Shown here in pieces: positions 59,997 to 64,000 of a stretch of 64,000 nucleotides of DNA; position 1 is the first letter of the stretch; every line of letters starts with the position of its first letter. Where the stretch lies: NCBI GenBank assembly GCA_017463365.1, contig JAFTPH010000028.1, positions 268 to 64,267 on the forward strand, in the 5' to 3' direction. Source of the DNA: Bacilli bacterium (lineage in GTDB: Bacteria; Bacillota_I; Bacilli_A; ML615J-28; CAG-313). The notes under the pieces are model-generated. The model searched no databases and was not told the origin of the DNA. It saw only the letters and a list, made by a program, of their open reading frames with translations. Both the position numbers and the translations under genes were made by a program.

Positions 59997-62516
59997 ATGT
60001 TCAAAAAATTATTTGATCCTACATATAAAGAATTTAAAAAATGTGAAGAAATAGCAGATAAAGTTTTAAAACTTGAAGAAGAATATAAAAACTTAAGTGA
60101 AGAAGCTTTAAAAAACAAAACTGTTGAATTTAAAGCAATGCTTGCTGATGGTAAAACTTTAGATGATATTATTGTTCCTGCTTTCGCAACAGCTCGTGAA
60201 GCCGCTGCTAGAGTTTTAGGATTAAGAGCATACAAAGTGCAAATTATTGGGGCTGCCGCAATGCATTATGGTAATATTGCGGAAATGAAAACTGGTGAAG
60301 GTAAAACTTTAACTTCTGTTCTTGTCGCATACCTTAATGCTTTAAGTGGACTTGGAGTTCATATTGTTACTGTTAACGAATACTTAGCAAATCGTGATGC
60401 TACAGAAATGGGTGAAGTTCACCGTTATTTAGGTTTAACAGTTGGGTTAAACTTACGTGATATGTCTAGTGAAGAAAAGCAAGAACAATATCGCTGTGAT
60501 ATAACATATTCAACTAATAACGAACTTGGATTTGACTACTTAAGAGACCATATGGTAATTCATGGAGAAAAAATGGTTCAACGTCCATTGAACTTTGCGA
60601 TTGTCGATGAAGTAGACTCAATCTTGGTCGATGAAGCAAGAACGCCATTAATCATCTCTGGGGGAGAAAAAGCCGGAGCTAATCTTTATGCGCAAGCTAA
60701 TACTTTCGCTAGAGGGTTAAAAGAAGAAGATTACGATATTGATATCAAATCAAAACATATCTCTTTAAATGAAAGTGGTATGGAAAAAGCAGAAAAGTTC
60801 TTTGGTCTTGAAAACCTATATGATGTTAAATATGTTAACCTTTTACACCGTATTAATAATGCCTTAAAAGCTAACTATACAATGTTTAATGATGTTGACT
60901 ATGTTGTTCAAGATGGAACAGTTGTTATCGTTGACCCATTTACTGGTCGTTTAATGCATGGTCGTCAATGGAGTGAAGGGTTACACCAAGCCATTGAAGC
61001 AAAAGAACATGTTGAAATTAAAAAAGAAACAAGAACTTTAGCGACTATCACATTCCAAAACTACTTTAGAATGTATCATAAACTTGCTGGAATGACTGGG
61101 ACAGCTAAAACGGAAGAAGAAGAATTTAGAAATATTTATAATATGTTTGTTGTGGAAATTCCAACAAATGCACCAATTCGAAGAATTGATGATGAAGACG
61201 TTATGTTTGCGACTATGGAAGGTAAATATAAAGCAATCGCTAAAGATATTGCTGAACGTCATAAAAAAGGACAACCAGTTCTTGTTGGGACAATTTCTAT
61301 TGAATCAAGTGAATTATTATCAAGTTTACTTAAAAAACGTGGAATTCCTCATAACGTATTAAATGCGAAACAACATGAACGTGAAGCAGAGATAGTCGCA
61401 AAAGCCGGGGAAAAAGGTGCCGTTACTATCGCAACCAACATGGCTGGACGTGGTACGGACATCAAACTTGGTGAAGGTGTTGTCGAACTTGGGGGACTTG
61501 CGGTTATCGGAACTGAACGTCATGAATCACGTCGTATTGATAACCAGTTAAGAGGACGTAGTGGGCGTCAAGGAGATCCAGGATATAGCTGCTTCTACCT
61601 ATCAGCAGAAGATGATCTATTAAAACGTTTCGGTAGTGATCGTTTTAAAATGATTGTTAATATGGGTACTGGTAAAGAAACTGATGAAGAAGGTAATGAA
61701 TTACCACTTCAAATGAAAGTTTTATCTAAATTTATTGAAGGCGCTCAACGTAAAGTTGAAGGATATAACTTTGATAATCGTAAGAGTGTTGTTGAATATG
61801 ACGAAGTATTACGTAAACAAAGAGAAGTTATTTACAAACAACGTAATGATGTATTATTCTTAGATGATATGGAACCACTTGTATTAAAAATGATGGAATC
61901 AGTGGTTACAAGAAAAATCCCTACTTATTTTGAAGTAGATAAAAAAACTGAAACTTTAGATAAAACTCGCTTTAACAATGAATTTGTAAGAATGTTCTTT
62001 AACCTTACAGCAGTTGAAGAAGATGAATTTGATGATAAAAATATTCAAGAATTACAACAATATGTTCTTGATAAATTCCATCAAGGTTTAGAAGAAAAGA
62101 AAGAAATTGTACCAATGGAACAATTCCGTGAATTCTTAAAAGTAGTATTATTAAGAATTATTGACCGTTTCTGGATGGAACATATTGACCAAATGAGCTC
62201 TTTACGTCAAAGTGTTCGCTTACAATCTTATGCTCAATTAAATCCACTTCGTGAATATCAAGAAATTGGATTTGAGATGTTTAATAATATGATTTGTGGT
62301 ATTGAAGATCAAGTTGTTCAACTTGTAAACCGTGCCCAAGTTCAACAAAATCTACAACGTGAAGAAGTAGCCAAACCTACTGGAACATCAGGTGGAAGTG
62401 AAGAAGTAACAAAACGTAAACCTGTTAAAGCTTCAGAAAAAGTAGGCCGTAATGATCCATGTCCATGTGGGTCAGGACGTAAATACAAACATTGTTGTGG
62501 AGCTAATCAAAAATAG
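59997..62516 (+). CDS. secA: Preprotein translocase ATPase SecA
   Basis: MKTGEGKTL Walker A, DEVDSILVDEARTPLIISG, C-terminal zinc motif CPCGSGRKYKHCCG; 839 aa. Confidence 0.95.
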   Translation: MFKKLFDPTYKEFKKCEEIADKVLKLEEEYKNLSEEALKNKTVEFKAMLADGKTLDDIIVPAFATAREAAARVLGLRAYKVQIIGAAAMHYGNIAEMKTGEGKTLTSVLVAYLNALSGLGVHIVTVNEYLANRDATEMGEVHRYLGLTVGLNLRDMSSEEKQEQYRCDITYSTNNELGFDYLRDHMVIHGEKMVQRPLNFAIVDEVDSILVDEARTPLIISGGEKAGANLYAQANTFARGLKEEDYDIDIKSKHISLNESGMEKAEKFFGLENLYDVKYVNLLHRINNALKANYTMFNDVDYVVQDGTVVIVDPFTGRLMHGRQWSEGLHQAIEAKEHVEIKKETRTLATITFQNYFRMYHKLAGMTGTAKTEEEEFRNIYNMFVVEIPTNAPIRRIDDEDVMFATMEGKYKAIAKDIAERHKKGQPVLVGTISIESSELLSSLLKKRGIPHNVLNAKQHEREAEIVAKAGEKGAVTIATNMAGRGTDIKLGEGVVELGGLAVIGTERHESRRIDNQLRGRSGRQGDPGYSCFYLSAEDDLLKRFGSDRFKMIVNMGTGKETDEEGNELPLQMKVLSKFIEGAQRKVEGYNFDNRKSVVEYDEVLRKQREVIYKQRNDVLFLDDMEPLVLKMMESVVTRKIPTYFEVDKKTETLDKTRFNNEFVRMFFNLTAVEEDEFDDKNIQELQQYVLDKFHQGLEEKKEIVPMEQFREFLKVVLLRIIDRFWMEHIDQMSSLRQSVRLQSYAQLNPLREYQEIGFEMFNNMICGIEDQVVQLVNRAQVQQNLQREEVAKPTGTSGGSEEVTKRKPVKASEKVGRNDPCPCGSGRKYKHCCGANQK

Positions 62517-62527
62517 ACTTACAAGAT

Positions 62528-62557
62528 GAAACTCAAAGATTTCTTTGAGTTTTCTTT
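62528..62557 (+). terminator. Rho-independent terminator (aaactcaaaga/tctttgagttt)
   Basis: 11-bp perfect stem, 2-nt loop, T-rich tail. Confidence 0.7.
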
Positions 62558-62577
62558 AGGAAAAGAAAGGAGAAGTT

Positions 62578-63669
62578 ATGGAAAAATTTGAAATTGTGAA
62601 ATACACAAACGAATTAAAAATAAAAATCGTATCAATTGAAAAAGTAATAAAACCAGCTTCTCTAAAAGAAGAAATTAGTAGTTTAGAAGCCCAAATGTCA
62701 AAAAGTGATTTCTGGGATGATGCTGCTAATGCGACAAAAACGATTAATAAAAGTAATGAATGTAAAGAAACACTAGCATCTTTTGAGGAATTAAATAATT
62801 ACTATGAAGAACTTCAAATGATGTTAGAATTAGATGATGAAGAATTATATCAAGATGCGGATAATTTAATCAAAAAAATTGATCAAGCTATGCATAGTTT
62901 TGAAGAGAAACTATTGTTAAATGGAGAATATGATTCTAATAATGCCATTATTGAATTACATCCAGGAGCTGGTGGAACTGAATCTCAAGATTGGACCCTA
63001 ATGCTTTACCGAATGTATAAACGCTTCTCTGAAAGAAGAGGTTTTGTTTTTGAACTTCTAGATTATCAAGAAGCAATAGATGCGGGTATTAAAAGCGTTT
63101 CATTCTTAATTAAAGGTTCTAATGCATATGGTATTTTAAAATCAGAACATGGAGTTCACCGTTTAGTTAGAATTTCACCATTTGATTCTAACGCTAGACG
63201 TCATACGAGTTTTTCAGCGTGTCATGTAACACCGGAAATAGATGATAATATTGATATTGAAATAAATGAAAATGATTTAAGAATTGATACTTACCGTTCA
63301 AGTGGAGCAGGTGGACAACATGTAAACAAAACTGATTCGGCAGTACGAATTACCCATTTACCTACAGGAATTGTTGTATCTTGTCAAAATCAACGAAGCC
63401 AAATTCAAAACCGGGAAAAGGCGATGCAAGTTTTGAAAACTAAACTTTACTTATTAGAAGAAGCTTCTCGTAAAGCAAAAATTTCGGGAATTAGTGGGAA
63501 TAATAGTGACAATGCGTTTGGAAGTCAAATTAGAAGCTATGTTTTACATCCTTACGCAATGGTTAAAGATCATCGAACAAATGTTGAATCATCGAATCCC
63601 AATAATGTATTAGATGGTGATTTAGATATTTTTATTGATGCATATTTAAAATATAATGCGTCAAAATAA
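62578..63669 (+). CDS. prfB: Peptide chain release factor 2 (single continuous ORF, no programmed +1 frameshift)
   Basis: SPF tripeptide (ISPFDSNARRHTSF) and GGQ motif (SGAGGQHVNKT); 363 aa uninterrupted. Confidence 0.9.
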   Translation: MEKFEIVKYTNELKIKIVSIEKVIKPASLKEEISSLEAQMSKSDFWDDAANATKTINKSNECKETLASFEELNNYYEELQMMLELDDEELYQDADNLIKKIDQAMHSFEEKLLLNGEYDSNNAIIELHPGAGGTESQDWTLMLYRMYKRFSERRGFVFELLDYQEAIDAGIKSVSFLIKGSNAYGILKSEHGVHRLVRISPFDSNARRHTSFSACHVTPEIDDNIDIEINENDLRIDTYRSSGAGGQHVNKTDSAVRITHLPTGIVVSCQNQRSQIQNREKAMQVLKTKLYLLEEASRKAKISGISGNNSDNAFGSQIRSYVLHPYAMVKDHRTNVESSNPNNVLDGDLDIFIDAYLKYNASK

Positions 63670-63684
63670 TTAATAGGTGAAAAT

Positions 63685-64000
63685 ATGAAATTACAATTAA
63701 AGAAATATTTAAACAAAAAACGTATTAAAGAATTTTTAATAATTAATCTAGGAGTTTTATTAATATCAATAACATTCACTTTTTTCCTTGATAAAAACAA
63801 CTTTATCTTTGGTGGAGTAAGTGGAATAGGAGTTATTTTAAAAAATGTCTTTGGGGAAAAAGTACCATCTTCATTTATTTTATTAGTTGTTAACTTGGTG
63901 CTATTATTAATTGGATTAATTTTCTTAGGTAAGAGTTTCTTCTTTAAAACAATTTATGGAACCGTAATGTATCCGGTATATAGTTTCTTACTTGAACAAA
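63685..64000 (+). CDS. YitT/DUF161-family membrane protein, 5' part (continues beyond window)
   Basis: MKLQLKKYLNKKRIKEF..., GGVSGIGVIL motif; ORF open at window end. Confidence 0.55.
   Translation, partial: MKLQLKKYLNKKRIKEFLIINLGVLLISITFTFFLDKNNFIFGGVSGIGVILKNVFGEKVPSSFILLVVNLVLLLIGLIFLGKSFFFKTIYGTVMYPVYSFLLEQ

Noticed and set aside
62578-62700. Programmed +1 frameshift in prfB
   Set aside because: I looked for the CUU-UGA-C slippery site near codon 25. The ORF is continuous with no in-frame UGA, so this lineage simply lacks the frameshift (as many bacteria do). Nothing further to report.

Overview
This 64-kb window is AT-rich (about 28-30% GC by eye) and uses the standard genetic code: UGA is a stop, and long intact ORFs are common. 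It looks like a low-GC Gram-positive or Mollicute-related chromosome (Erysipelotrichia/Acholeplasma-like). I infer this from several features: very N/K/I-rich proteins, Listeria-Bacteroides (Flg_new) repeats, BspA-type leucine-rich-repeat surface proteins, a GlnRS gene, a highly divergent GroES/GroEL pair, and ATGA-coupled operons.

Forty-four of 48 genes are on the + strand. The backbone is housekeeping. It carries ybaK, trkA-trkH and maa, then a MATE exporter, a BMP-type nucleoside ABC transporter, pcp and groES-groEL. A large block follows: coiled-coil protein, B3/4 protein, glnS, pcrA and ligA. After that come an Ldh_2-malic enzyme-LarA-like cluster, NUDIX, pdxK, secA, prfB and the start of a yitT-like gene.

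Several accessory features sit on this backbone:
- A 1.75-kb single-gene insertion (898-2288) carries an AlbA_2/Schlafen-like + HATPase_c_4 + wHTH protein. It is flanked by a 97-bp perfect direct repeat, with degenerate extension, of the ybaK 3' end and terminator. A four-box GTATAC operator array lies in its promoter.
- Three secreted proteins share a duplicated dockerin-like Ca-binding-loop/helix module with a distinctive YMLYHxMFGxxxYP[LV] helix. One is a GDPD phosphodiesterase (762 aa, module N-terminal). Two are giant BspA-type LRR proteins (1530 and 2235 aa, module C-terminal). No cohesin partner is visible in the window.
- A HigB/HigA-type toxin-antitoxin cassette on the minus strand is bracketed by two copies of the same terminator hairpin.
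- A lipoprotein has Big_2 domains and a C-terminal barnase-family RNase domain. It is preceded by an acidic 202-aa protein that could be its immunity factor.
- Further accessory genes are a membrane-tethered MerR regulator, an orphan ADP-ribosylglycohydrolase, a singleton AAA_14/DUF4143 ATPase, and a DtxR-like-NUDIX-DUF3737 operon.

I found no rRNA, tRNA, CRISPR array, transposase or integrase. I consider the dockerin-like surface-display family and the flanked single-gene insertion at ybaK the most worthwhile follow-ups.
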